The notes beneath the pieces were generated by a model that was not told the origin of the DNA, did not search any database, and saw only the letters and a program-made list of their open reading frames with translations. DNA of 64,000 bases from an uncultured Planctomycetota bacterium (GTDB lineage: Bacteria > Planctomycetota > Planctomycetia > Isosphaerales > Isosphaeraceae): the NCBI GenBank assembly GCA_963845755.1, contig CAWJTV010000042.1, forward strand, positions 256,001 to 320,000, read 5' to 3'. Every line of letters starts with the position of its first letter. Position 1 is the stretch's first letter. Below are positions 9,709-19,892 of the stretch, piece by piece. The position numbers and the translations under genes are program-made.

Positions 9709-10564
9709 ATGCAGGTTAGATGGTTGCGGCAGTGTACGGCGTATCTCCTGGGTGCGGGACTCCTGCTGGCGGTCGCGGACCGGGCCACGGCGTGGGGAGA
9801 CGACTCGGGATTCCTGGGCCGATTATTCCGGCTCGGGGGCAACTCGTCCTCTTCGAACAGTAGCTCGGCGCGGGAGATCGACCGACTCCCCTGCCCTACG
9901 GACCGCCGGCGAGCTACTCGCCGCCCCCGGGCGCGGCGGCCCCCCTGACGACCTTCGGCGGGCTCCCCGAGACCCCTGCGCCTCCTCATCAGCCGCCCCG
10001 GCCCAACGCCTCACCCCCAAGTCACGCGTCAGCTCCGCGGTGACGTCCGCCGATCCCGTCGTGACCCGGCTGGCCCTGGGCCGTTCCAACGACGGCAGCC
10101 AGTTCGCCATGTTCCTCCAGGTCTTCGCCGACGGCACGGTCATCGATTCCGAGGGTGTCCACCATGTCCGATCCGCCGAGCTCAAGCCGATCCTCGAGGC
10201 CGTCCAGTCGGGCGAGCTCTCTCGCATACGGGGACACTGCGGGGCCCCTGCGACGGATTTCATCGAATATGTGCATGTTGTGGTTTATGAACGGCGGTTC
10301 GGTCGCCTGATGGCCAATGCCTTCTCCTACTCGGGCAATCCCCAGGGATGCGACCACGTCGTCCGCCACCTGCACCAGGCACTGGAGAATCTCCAGGCCA
10401 AGTTGAGTCACCATCCGGCCACGCAGCCCGCCGGCGCCGTCCCCAGCTCACCGGGAACCTTGTATAGTCCGCCGACATCCACGCCCGCCGCGGCTTCACC
10501 CGTGCCTGCGGGCGTCCCGTCCGGCCCGGTGATTCCCTTGACCCCGGCCGAGGCGGGCCACTAA
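9709..10564 (+). CDS. Exported hypothetical protein (frameshifted)
   Basis: Signal peptide in the 9709 ORF; globular domain and Pro-rich tail in the 9752 ORF; strong RBS. Confidence 0.6.
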
Positions 10565-10618
10565 GCAGCCGGCCGTGGTTTCCCTTGCACCCTTTGGGGT
10601 TCGGAGGCGGTTCCGAGA

Positions 10619-10682
10619 GGCGAGCGGGGGGCGTCAGCCCCTGTCCGATCGACCTGACAGGGGGCTCACGCCCCCTCTCGCC
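10619..10682. repeat. REP-like extragenic palindrome
   Basis: GGCGAGCGGGGGGCGTCAGCCCCTGTC ... GACAGGGGGCTCACGCCCCCTCTCGCC imperfect inverted arms. Confidence 0.7.
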
Positions 10683-10943
10683 CTGGACCCAGTGCAGGAT
10701 AACCCTGGCCAGGTGCTTAGCCCCGGCGGTCGGAACCGCGATTCCTCCCTGAATGGCGAACGAACTGGTCTTGCTCCCTCGCTTCCCCTGGATCGAGGGA
10801 GCAAATCCTTAGCTCTTATCCGGTTAGGGAGATTTCCACGGGATTCTCGCCCGACACTCGGCTGGCTGAGCGGGGCAGCGCCGGCTAGAATGAAGAATCA
10901 TTATCGATCTGTGAGGCTAACCCGATGCCGGGATAACCGGCAC

Positions 10944-11468
10944 ATGGACTGCACCGAGGACTCCGTCGTGGTGGAAGCCCAGCGCGATCAATTAGTTCCC
11001 CTGACCGTTTCCGGTTCTCCGGTCGAGAAATTCCGCGAGTTCCTGGAGATCCGGGGTGAGAAACTGACCGAGCGGCGGCGAGTCCTAGTTGATCACATCT
11101 TCCACTCCCACAAGCACTTCGATGCCGACGAGCTGGTCCGCGACCTGCATGATGCCGGTCAAACGGTCAGCCGCGCCACCGTGTACCGCACCTTGCGATT
11201 GCTCGTCGAGGCCGGACTGCTCCGCGAGCTTCGGCTGACCAATCGCAGTGCGTTCGAGCACGATTATGGTTATCCTGCTCACGATCACCTGCATTGCACC
11301 ATGTGCAACCGGATCGTCGAGTTCCGCAACGATGAGATCCTGAAACTTCGCGATTCCATCAGCCTGGCTCATGGCTTTCGCCCGACCGGTCATCGCTTCG
11401 TGATTTCTGGGGTATGTCCCGCTTGCAGCCGGTCCCACACACCGCGGCGGCGGCTGGATTTGATCTGA
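10944..11468 (+). CDS. fur: Fur-family transcriptional regulator
   Basis: KLTERR, HFDADE, VSRATVYRTL, HDHLHCTMC, GVCPAC; start codon uncertain. Confidence 0.88.
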   Translation: MDCTEDSVVVEAQRDQLVPLTVSGSPVEKFREFLEIRGEKLTERRRVLVDHIFHSHKHFDADELVRDLHDAGQTVSRATVYRTLRLLVEAGLLRELRLTNRSAFEHDYGYPAHDHLHCTMCNRIVEFRNDEILKLRDSISLAHGFRPTGHRFVISGVCPACSRSHTPRRRLDLI

Positions 11469-11612
11469 ATCCGCATGCACCTCGCTCGGTCCGCGGAGAC
11501 AACCTGCTGAGGTTCGAAGAGAACCGATTCGTGTGAGGATCGCTCGATCGGAGGCACTATAAGATCAGCGGGAGCGAGCTCATGCCGTCGCGATCATCCT
11601 GAGTGAGCTACG

Positions 11613-13001
11613 ATGATGGACCCCCATAGGACGCAAGACGCGTGGCGGTCACTGGATGCGCTGTGGACCATTGGTACATTGGGAGCCCTCGACGACGGTC
11701 AGCTCCTGGATTGCTTCCGGGACTGTCGCGATCGCGCCGGCCAGGAGGCATTCCGGATCCTGGTCGAGCGTCACGGTCCGATGATCCTGAGCCTCTGTCA
11801 GCGCCTCATCCGAGACCCGCACGAAGCCGAGGATGCCTTCCAGGCGACCTTCCTGGTACTGGTGCGGAAGGCTGAGTCGATTCGGCGCCGGGATACGATC
11901 GGCCCCTGGCTCTACGGGGTGGCCTGCCGGGTCGCCCGGCGCGCCCGCCTCCGCTCGAACCGGAAGCACCGGCGCGAGGTTCCGGTCGTCGTCGAGATCG
12001 CCGTCGAGGATAAGCCGGATTCGGAACGACCGATCGCGGAGCAAGCGCTCCACGAGGAGATCGCGCGATTGCCGGAGTCGTACCGAGCGCCGATCGTCCT
12101 CTGCGGCCTCCAGGGGTTGAGCTACGACCTGGCGGCACGCCGCCTGGGCGTCAGCGAGCCGACACTTCGCGGCCGGCTCCATCGCGCCCGCAAGCGGCTG
12201 GCCACGCGTCTTCAACGTCGCGGAGTCGGCGCTCCGTTCGTTGCCGGAGCCATCGAATCCCAGTACGTCCCACTCTCTCCCCTGCCCTCGTCTTTGGTCG
12301 AATCCACGATTCAGATCGCTTCGCGGTGGTCGTCGATCAGCGGATTGCTCGTCGGGACGACCGCTGTGCCCGAATCGATCGTCGCCCTGGCACAAGGAGT
12401 CATCCGCACCATGTTCTTCCAAACGCTCAAGTTTACCGGTATCGCCGCGCTCCTGACGGTCGGGGTCGTGGGGACCGTGGTGCTGGCCCAGCAAGGCAAG
12501 AACGAGGCCAGAGCACCGTCGGCCCGGTCGGACGAAGCCGTCGTCGCATCCCCGCAGAACAAACCCGCCGACGCTTCGCGGGTGCGGAACCCTCCCACAG
12601 CCCAGGCGCTCGCGGAGAAGACCCGGCAGATTGAGAAGGCCCTCGACGAGCCGATCACGATGTCCTTCGCCAATGAGACGCCGCTCGATGATGTGCTCAA
12701 GTACATCAAGGCGGCGACGACGACGCCCACGTTCCCGGGCATTCCCATTTACGTCCAGCCCCTCGGCCTGAAGGAGGCCGGGAAGTCGATCAACTCGATC
12801 ATCCAGCTTGACATGGAGGGCGTGCCGCTAAGGGAGACCTTGCGATTGGTCCTCTATCAGGTCGGCCAGGCTTATCTCGTGAAGGATGGATTCTTGATGA
12901 TCGATTCGAGGCTGTCGATCATGGAAAGACGCGTCGAGGACCTCGACCGCAAACTCGACAAGGTCCTGGAGTCGCTGGCACGCCTGGAGCGAGCCAGGTA
13001 G
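11613..13001 (+). CDS. ECF sigma factor with TM helix and C-terminal extracytoplasmic extension
   Basis: AEDAFQATFLVL, WLYGVA (region 2); LPESYRAPIVLC..GLSY..AA..LG (region 4); TM segment then LDEPITMSF..TPLDDVL. Confidence 0.88.
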   Translation: MMDPHRTQDAWRSLDALWTIGTLGALDDGQLLDCFRDCRDRAGQEAFRILVERHGPMILSLCQRLIRDPHEAEDAFQATFLVLVRKAESIRRRDTIGPWLYGVACRVARRARLRSNRKHRREVPVVVEIAVEDKPDSERPIAEQALHEEIARLPESYRAPIVLCGLQGLSYDLAARRLGVSEPTLRGRLHRARKRLATRLQRRGVGAPFVAGAIESQYVPLSPLPSSLVESTIQIASRWSSISGLLVGTTAVPESIVALAQGVIRTMFFQTLKFTGIAALLTVGVVGTVVLAQQGKNEARAPSARSDEAVVASPQNKPADASRVRNPPTAQALAEKTRQIEKALDEPITMSFANETPLDDVLKYIKAATTTPTFPGIPIYVQPLGLKEAGKSINSIIQLDMEGVPLRETLRLVLYQVGQAYLVKDGFLMIDSRLSIMERRVEDLDRKLDKVLESLARLERAR

Positions 13002-13064
13002 AGGCGTGCAGTCGAGGAAATGACTCGTGGCTCGGGGGCTCGCGCGGGATTTGGCGAGCTCACC

Positions 13065-13092
13065 TTGCATTCCCCGGAGATCCGGTTAAGAT
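13065..13092 (+). promoter_or_regulatory. Putative sigma70 promoter of the foldase gene
   Basis: TTGCAT-N16-TAAGAT. Confidence 0.45.
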
Positions 13093-13293
13093 TCTGCGGC
13101 GCGCGATCCCCGCCCAGCGGGTCATGGCCTATCTCAACCGCGGGATTGCGCAAGGTCTCGGCTGGCTCGACGATCACTTCAGCCGGCCGGGACACTCAAG
13201 GGGAGCGTTCTCACAAATCCCCCGGTGGCCGGGAGGGCCGCCGACCGCGATTCACCTCGACGCGGCGCCAGGATCTCGGCGCGGCCGGCCATT

Positions 13294-13314
13294 TCCAAGG
13301 ATGGAGACGATGGA
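13294..13314 (+). promoter_or_regulatory. CsrA-type site at the RBS
   Basis: TCC-AAGGAT-GGA hairpin (CAAGGATG = CANGGANG) plus ATGGA at 13301 and 13310. Confidence 0.5.
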
Positions 13315-13318
13315 AAAC

Positions 13319-15769
13319 ATGAAACGACATTTAGTCGCCGGCATGCTCGGGCTCGCCGTGGCCGGGTGTGCCCAGACTCGCTCGCAGTTGCCCAAAGAGG
13401 ACGGGCGGTCGCCCGGTCCAGTCGGGATGACACCGGTCCCCTCGATTCACGAGAGCATTAACCGGGGCACCGGGCCCCCGGGGATGAGCCAGGCCGCACT
13501 CCCCGACCCCGCCGACCCGCGCTGGAGCGGCCGAGCCCCGGTCTCCGTCGCATCAGGCCCGGGGAGCCCGGGCGCGGCCGCAAGCCCGGGGCAAGGTTCG
13601 CCCCAACCTTCGGCGGCTCCGGGCTCGCTGGCCGGTGCGCCAGGAGCAGTCGCCGGCCAGGAATCGCAACTGGCCGGGAGTGCAGCCGGGATACCGGCTC
13701 AGGCCATGACCTCCCAGGCGCCCGCCATGGCCGCGGGAGCGGCCGGCGGTGCCCTCTCTGGCATGCAGGCGCAGCCGGTTGGCCCATCCGCTCCGGGTGA
13801 GTCGTCGATACCAGCATCCCTCGCAGCCGGTGGAGCGACACCCGACGAACGCACGCCCGCGGGAACGACCGGTGCGCCGCCGGCGCTCTCAGTTCCGTCA
13901 ACACTGGCTCGGCCGGGTGGTCCCATGCCCGAGACGATCGCGAATTACGAGGCCACGGCGTCGGCGATGCCGAGCCCTCCTCCGGGCGCCTCGCCCGGTG
14001 CTCAGCCCGTCCCCGACCGGCTTACCGAGCCTGGCGTGACACCGCCCGCGGCCGGAATGCCGGCTCCCGCCGGCATCGGACTCACTCCGCCCGCCGATCC
14101 TCCGCTGCTCGACCCGAGAACCGCTGCGGCTGCGGCCGCGGACACTCCGGGCATCGCACCGGGCAATCCTCAGGGGCGAGCCTTGAACGCGCCGGTTCCC
14201 ACCGCCGTGCCGGCTGATCCGGCAGTCAGCCCCTCGGCGTCTCGGATTCCCGGGCCGTCCGCCTCTGGTGGAAGCGCCGCGGCATCGCAGCGCCGCGGCG
14301 ATCCGCTGCTCGGACCGAATCCCGACCTGATGCCCGAACTGCCACCGCTGCCCCCCGAGCTTCCGACAGCCAGGCCGGCCGCCGCCGCGCCTTCCGGAGG
14401 ATCGACGCCGGCCGCCGCCGCACCAGCGGCAGGACCGGCGGATGCGGCCGGAAGCCCGCCCCCCGATCTGGGGCCGCCCGTCACTGACCCCGGTCCACCC
14501 ACGGGCGACAATCGGCCCGTCGATTCCACCAAGGTCGCCCAGATGCCGATGCCGGAGCTCGCTCCGGCATCGGGCCAGGCTCTCCCGGCCGCCGAGGCCG
14601 GGGAGATGCCCATGCCGGAATTGACCCCGGTGCCGAGCCAGGCCGCCACGACTCTCGCGGCCGGCTCGGCCGCGCCGGCATCGGAAATCCTCCCGGCCAC
14701 GTCGCGGAGCACGGAGGCGCGCCGCGACGTCCGGGTCGTCCGAACGTCCTTGCAGAAACCCGTCTCCGACGAGCCATCGACCCCCGTCAGGCATGTCATG
14801 AGGGAGACTCCTCAGATTGCGGCTCGCGTCGGCGACGACGTGATCACCTGCCACGACCTGCGCTCCGCCATCGTCGAGTTTTGCTCGAGCAAGAAAGTCC
14901 CCTGGGGTAAGTTGCCACCGAACGAGCGAAATGACATCGGCATGCTGGTGCTCAACCACCTGATCGACCGCAGCCTGTTGTCCCAGGAGGCCAAGCACGC
15001 CATCAAGGATCCGAAGCAATACGACAAGTTCATGCAAGTCGCCGACCAGGTGTGGCACGACGAGGAACTCCCGCCGCTGGAATATCAATACGTCGTCAAC
15101 AGCGAACAACTCCTCCGGGATAAGCTCAAGGAGCACGGCCGCTCTCTCGACAACATGCGTCAGACCTTCCGCCAGGAATTCCTCGCGGAGAACTTCGTGC
15201 GCCAGAAGCTCAAGGACCGACTGAAAGTCGAGCTGCCCGATCTCAAGAAGTATTACCACGAGCACGTCGGCGAGCACGAATTCGACCGCCCGGCGCAGAT
15301 CACCTGGCGCGAGCTGGTCGTCGAGGTCGGGAGGTACCCCAGCCGGGAGGACGCCCGTCGAAAGGCGAATGACCTCCATGAGAAGCTGCGACGCGGTGCG
15401 GATTTCGCCCAGCTCGCCCGCACCGAGAGCGATGGCCCGGACAGCTCCCGGAATCAGGGGGGATTGATGCAAACCTCGCCCGGTACTTATGCCGTCCCCG
15501 CCGTGAACGAGGTCCTTCTGTCCCTCCCCACCGGCCGATTCAGCGAGATCCTCGAAGGTGGGAATAGCTTCCACATCGTCCTCGTCGAGAATCGCCGACC
15601 CGCGGGCGCCGCCACGTTTGCGGAAGTCCAGGACAAGATCCGATCGATCCTCACGGAAAAGAGAATCCAAACGGAGCGTAGCGCATTCATCGCCAAGCTG
15701 CGGCAAAAAGCGCTCATCACGACGATACTCGACCAGAACGAGAGCAATCCTAACACCGTTTCCCGATAA
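13319..15769 (+). CDS. SurA/PrsA-like PpiC peptidyl-prolyl isomerase lipoprotein with a very long Pro/Ala-rich linker
   Basis: Lipobox LAVAGC; AARVGDDVIT, LIDRSLL (SurA-N-like); GADFAQLARTESD, QGG, FHIVLV rotamase motifs. Confidence 0.85.
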   Translation: MKRHLVAGMLGLAVAGCAQTRSQLPKEDGRSPGPVGMTPVPSIHESINRGTGPPGMSQAALPDPADPRWSGRAPVSVASGPGSPGAAASPGQGSPQPSAAPGSLAGAPGAVAGQESQLAGSAAGIPAQAMTSQAPAMAAGAAGGALSGMQAQPVGPSAPGESSIPASLAAGGATPDERTPAGTTGAPPALSVPSTLARPGGPMPETIANYEATASAMPSPPPGASPGAQPVPDRLTEPGVTPPAAGMPAPAGIGLTPPADPPLLDPRTAAAAAADTPGIAPGNPQGRALNAPVPTAVPADPAVSPSASRIPGPSASGGSAAASQRRGDPLLGPNPDLMPELPPLPPELPTARPAAAAPSGGSTPAAAAPAAGPADAAGSPPPDLGPPVTDPGPPTGDNRPVDSTKVAQMPMPELAPASGQALPAAEAGEMPMPELTPVPSQAATTLAAGSAAPASEILPATSRSTEARRDVRVVRTSLQKPVSDEPSTPVRHVMRETPQIAARVGDDVITCHDLRSAIVEFCSSKKVPWGKLPPNERNDIGMLVLNHLIDRSLLSQEAKHAIKDPKQYDKFMQVADQVWHDEELPPLEYQYVVNSEQLLRDKLKEHGRSLDNMRQTFRQEFLAENFVRQKLKDRLKVELPDLKKYYHEHVGEHEFDRPAQITWRELVVEVGRYPSREDARRKANDLHEKLRRGADFAQLARTESDGPDSSRNQGGLMQTSPGTYAVPAVNEVLLSLPTGRFSEILEGGNSFHIVLVENRRPAGAATFAEVQDKIRSILTEKRIQTERSAFIAKLRQKALITTILDQNESNPNTVSR

Positions 15770-15870
15770 AGTGCACACTCCCGTCCGAAATCACCGTATT
15801 ATGCATAAAGTCCCTCTGATCCAACGCTAAAGAATCCTTTCTGTTCTCCAAGGTTTGTTGTTACTAAGTC

Positions 15871-15887
15871 TTGTGACATAATCACAA
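15871..15887. promoter_or_regulatory. Palindromic operator-like site
   Basis: TTGTGA-CATAA-TCACAA in AT-rich intergenic DNA. Confidence 0.4.
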
Positions 15888-16135
15888 CCCCTCCTCTGCC
15901 GCCGACACGACCTGCCGGATCGCCCGATCGAGCCCTGTCGATCGGAGATCCATCGCAACCCGCGCCGATCCTTATGGGAAGGGGATGTGTCCCTTTTTTG
16001 GGGATGGAAGCCGTTCCGAGCAGGGTAGAGAACGGAAAGCCTGACCTGGCAATGGGCAAGGATGACCGGTTCGGGAATTGCGGGCCGGCTGGGTCCGGGC
16101 ACGTTCAAAAATGGGGAAAAAATAGCTCCCGACTC

Positions 16136-16163
16136 TTGACAATCGCCAGACAGCGAGTAGTCT
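16136..16163 (+). promoter_or_regulatory. sigma70 promoter
   Basis: TTGACA-N16-TAGTCT with A-tracts upstream. Confidence 0.6.
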
Positions 16164-16169
16164 ATGCGA

Positions 16170-16293
16170 TGTCGGTTGAGAAGCTTTCGTGTGAAGCACC
16201 ACCCTCCGACCGAGGTGTCTGCCTCGTTTATCCATGGCCTCTTCTCTGTTCCGGCCCCGTCGATCCGTAGCAATACGGGTCGGCGGGGTTTTT
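16170..16293 (+). ncRNA. Candidate ~125-nt sRNA (or attenuator leader)
   Basis: Lies between a sigma70 promoter and an intrinsic terminator; two hairpins (16171-16210, 16211-16226) and a CU-rich linker; no contained ORF. Confidence 0.55.
16255..16293 (+). terminator. Rho-independent terminator
   Basis: 15-bp stem CCCCGTCGATCCGTA/TACGGGTCGGCGGGG (2 GU pairs), GCAA loop, TTTTT. Confidence 0.8.
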
Positions 16294-16303
16294 GAGTTCT
16301 GCT

Positions 16304-17122
16304 GTGTCGGATTTCTCCTGGGACGGCACGGGTCCGGAATACTCCCTGCGCGGGGGAAGCCGGCATTGGATGCTCAACCTCGATGAGACCCATCCCGGTC
16401 TGTCCTGGCCGGAGGGCGGGGCTCGCGGCAAGCTCCTGGCTTTACAGTCGGTTGCAACCGTCGGCCGCTGCGACGAGGCGGCCTTTGGCGGAGCAGGTCT
16501 CATCGGAGTCGCGCTGCATCGGAGTCGCCTCGAGGCGACGTTCGCCCCTCCCGACTGGGGTGGTCTGAGGATTCGCGCAGCCTGGGCTCCTTCGCCGGTT
16601 GGAGAGGGTCTCGACCTGGAAGTTCAGATCCAGGCGGCGACGGCGGAGGTGGTGGAACAGGTTGAAGTGGGGATCCTGAGTGAGTGGGGCGACTGGGTTA
16701 CCGAACCGCGCGCGAGCCGGGTCGAGCCGCGGGATGCCCGTTCGGCGGCCCTGACCTACGACGGACGGGAATCGGCCCGCACCCTCCAGGACCTGACGAC
16801 ACTTCCGGTCCCGCCGTCGGCTCCGCACGCCCTGCCGCCGAGAGTCTTCACACATCCCACCTTCGGTCACGACTCCTGGTATGCCGAGATGGTCCAGCCC
16901 AACGATTGCGCGCGGCGGATCAGTCGCGGACCGGCCGAGCAGCCAGCCGTCCCGCCGGCCTTCATCTCGACCCGCTATGCCCTCTTCGGCCATGACCTGG
17001 AGAAAGGCGTTGTCCTCCGGGCTCGACTGAGGGGACTCTGGATCCGGTCCCAACCACCGGATCGCGATGTGCGAACCTGCCATGACGCGTTCTTGCGCGA
17101 GCCTCCGGCCCTGGGACCCTGA
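16304..17122 (+). CDS. Hypothetical protein
   Basis: Long ORF with coding-like composition, C-terminal LEKGVVLRARLRG; start uncertain. Confidence 0.6.
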   Translation: MSDFSWDGTGPEYSLRGGSRHWMLNLDETHPGLSWPEGGARGKLLALQSVATVGRCDEAAFGGAGLIGVALHRSRLEATFAPPDWGGLRIRAAWAPSPVGEGLDLEVQIQAATAEVVEQVEVGILSEWGDWVTEPRASRVEPRDARSAALTYDGRESARTLQDLTTLPVPPSAPHALPPRVFTHPTFGHDSWYAEMVQPNDCARRISRGPAEQPAVPPAFISTRYALFGHDLEKGVVLRARLRGLWIRSQPPDRDVRTCHDAFLREPPALGP

Positions 17123-17145
17123 CGCCCAGCTCGGGCTCGCCGCGC

Positions 17146-19892
17146 TCATCCCCACGTCCAGCTCCACTCGCTCTCGTCCGCCGGGAGCGACATGCTCCAC
17201 GTGATCCGGCCGCGGGGCTCGAGGATCGGCTCGGGCGTGGACGCGCTCGCCTGCCAGGGACCCAGCTCCTTCAGATCGGGGCAGGTCGAGCGCGACCTGG
17301 AGAGTGACAGGATGTTCGAGGCGGGTCCGTAGCTGGAGGTGGTGGACCTTGCCCCCGATCGGCCGCTGGAGTTGATAGGAGACCTCGCCGCAGGGGAACG
17401 ATCGCTTCATTCCCGTGTTGGGCCAGGACCCCGGGAGAACCGGGCTGAGGCTCAAACGGCGGTTGACCGCGTCGTAATCGAGTCCGCCCAGATCGAGCAT
17501 CGTATCGATGATCATCGCGTGTAATCTCCAGGCCGTCCCGCCCGGATTGGAAACCCGTCGGGCGGATTCGGTCGTGCGACCGGCCGATCGGAGGGTGAGC
17601 CCGAGCTGAGAGAGCCGGCCCAGGATGGCCTCGAGCATGGCCAGGGCACGAGTCCAGTGCCGCCCCGAGCCGGTTTCCCGCCCCAATTGGATCAGGAACC
17701 GGACCATCCAGAGGGTTGCCAGACTGGAGACCTCGTGCGGGTCGCCCGAACGGCCGATCCGACCGGACTCGTCGGGTACGAACGTCGCGCGAGACAGGAC
17801 GTTGGGATCCCCTTTGAGGGCGCTATTGATCCGCAGGATCGTCTCGGCGATCCGGACCAGTCGCGGGTCGGAGGCGGGGAGGAGGCCGAAGGGGACGGCC
17901 AGGCCGAGCATATTGATGTCCAAGATCTCGGCGCGATCGATGAGCTGGTCGGGATCGCCGGTCCAGAGGCCGCGCAGTTTGGAGACCCGGCGCGCCCGCA
18001 GGAAGCGGCCGGAGTCGGGGTCGACCAGCCCCGGAGATGCCGGACGGTTCGCCACCGACTCCGGAAGGATGCCTCCCTCCCAGATCCGATCCGCGAAGGC
18101 GCCCCACCGACCCGCCAATTCGTCGAGGCCGCGCTCGCCGGCCAGGCGGGCCGCCGCCCGGAGCCCGGCCACCACCGAGGCGTTCGAATACAGGAACGCG
18201 CCAAAAAGCTGATCATCGCTGCTCGCGGAGCTGATCAGGTTCAGATCCTCCAGCATGCGGAGTCCCGGGTGGCCGCCGGACTGGCCGCAGCAGACCCGCG
18301 CCGCCTGTTCCACCATCGGCCAGACCGCCGTGACCAGGTCTCGATCGCCCGTCCCCCGATAGTCAGCGCTCCAGGCCCCAGGGGATCATCGCCGTCTGGT
18401 CGACGGCCGGGGTCTCCCATTCCGGCGCTCCGTCGATCGAATATTTCTGACACCAGTAAAAGAACGGCCGGTGGTCATCGCGGACCCGATTGAGCCAGTG
18501 ATAGACCCCGCGATCGATCGCGGGGTGTCCCAGCCGTCCCAGGGCGCCACCCACCCAGATGGCCTCTCGCGGCCAGCAATAGGCGCTGAGACCCCGATCG
18601 AAACCCGAGGCGATGGCCCCCCACTCCGCGTCTGCGTGCAGCGCCGCGGCGAGGGCCGAGCGCCGCAAGCTCACGGCGAAGACCGGCTTGGGAAAATGAA
18701 GGTCGGGAATCGGCTCGATGAAGTCGTCCCACTCGCGGGCCGTCGTCTGTTCCACCTGGTCCAGGCTGGCGGAGCGAAACCAGTTCAGCGCCGGCCGCAG
18801 CCAGTGTTCAAAGGTCCCGCGATCGCCGGTCCAGCCCGTGAATGCACCGCTGATCAGCAGGTCGACGGCGACGGTCTGTCCCGCTGGCAATGTGATCGAC
18901 CGGTAGAGGATCGCTTCGTTGGGACCCGTCGGCTCGCATTCCACGTCGCCCCGAGTGTCCAGGGCCAGCGCGAACTCGATCGTGGCATCCCGCGCCAGCT
19001 TCAGGTTGGCGTGGCCGTGGCCGCGGTTGATTGCCAGCAAGGCCTTGTCAATATCGTGCCAGCTCAATCCCAGATCGCCGACCCCTCCGTTGATCTCCGC
19101 CTGGAGATAGACACCGAAGACCGCGACCTTCGACTCGTCGCCGTTGTTCGTGATGAAGAACCGCTTGAGATACTGCCCCGGCGACTTCTCATTACCGGCG
19201 TTCAGCGGGAGGCTCGCCCCCATCGCGACGAAGTCGGTCAGCAGGACCTGGATCGGCCCGTACCGCCAGTTCAGCTTGGTCGTCAGCAGGTTGGTCGCAC
19301 CCAGGTACTGCTGGAACGAATCCCACGGTCCGCGCTCGATGAACCAATCCAGGCGACGACCCACGGCCAGCCCGCCGATGATCGCGCGGAAGTGCGAACG
19401 GCTCCGGGGATTGTCGCCCTCGCGCGGGCGGACGGACGAATGGAGACCGACCGTGGGGAAGTAGACGTCATAGGTCGACCCGCGTCCATCGACCCGGGCC
19501 GTCATGTGGCGGTTCCCGACCAGGCCCTCCGCGTCGGGAATCGACGATTCGGTGGTTTCGGACTGGTCCGGCAAGTTGGGACGGACGATCGTATCCTGGT
19601 AAATGCTCTGTCTCTGCTCGCCCCCCTCTTGCTCGATGATGGCGCGGTAATGGAGCCGCGTTCCGATCCGCTGGGGCGGCACCGGCGCGTGCCAGAAACT
19701 ATTGCCGGCCTTGTTCTCGATCCAGTAGGCGGGCAGGAGACCGAGCTGCAAGTCGTCGGCCGCCAGCTCCAGCCAGGCGCGTTGATTCGCCTGGACCGGG
19801 TTCGACCCGATGACCACGACCGACCACATCCCCGCTCGCACCGGTCCGCCCAGACGGCCCTTCGCTGCTGTTTCGATCCATGTTGCCAGCAT
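17146..19892 (-). CDS. GH15-like (glucoamylase/trehalase-type) glycoside hydrolase (two or more frameshifts)
   Basis: GLVGN..MTA, DVYFP, WGAIAS, YCWPRE, QKYSIDG, AVDQT, YSNASVVAGL; ORFs 18363-19919 and 16442-18316 plus a short tail ending WSWTWG*. Confidence 0.75.

Noticed and set aside
15978..16000. Short palindrome AAGGGGATGTGTCCCTTT (similar half-site near 48555)
   Set aside because: Short and degenerate; probably a generic extragenic palindrome, too weak to interpret.
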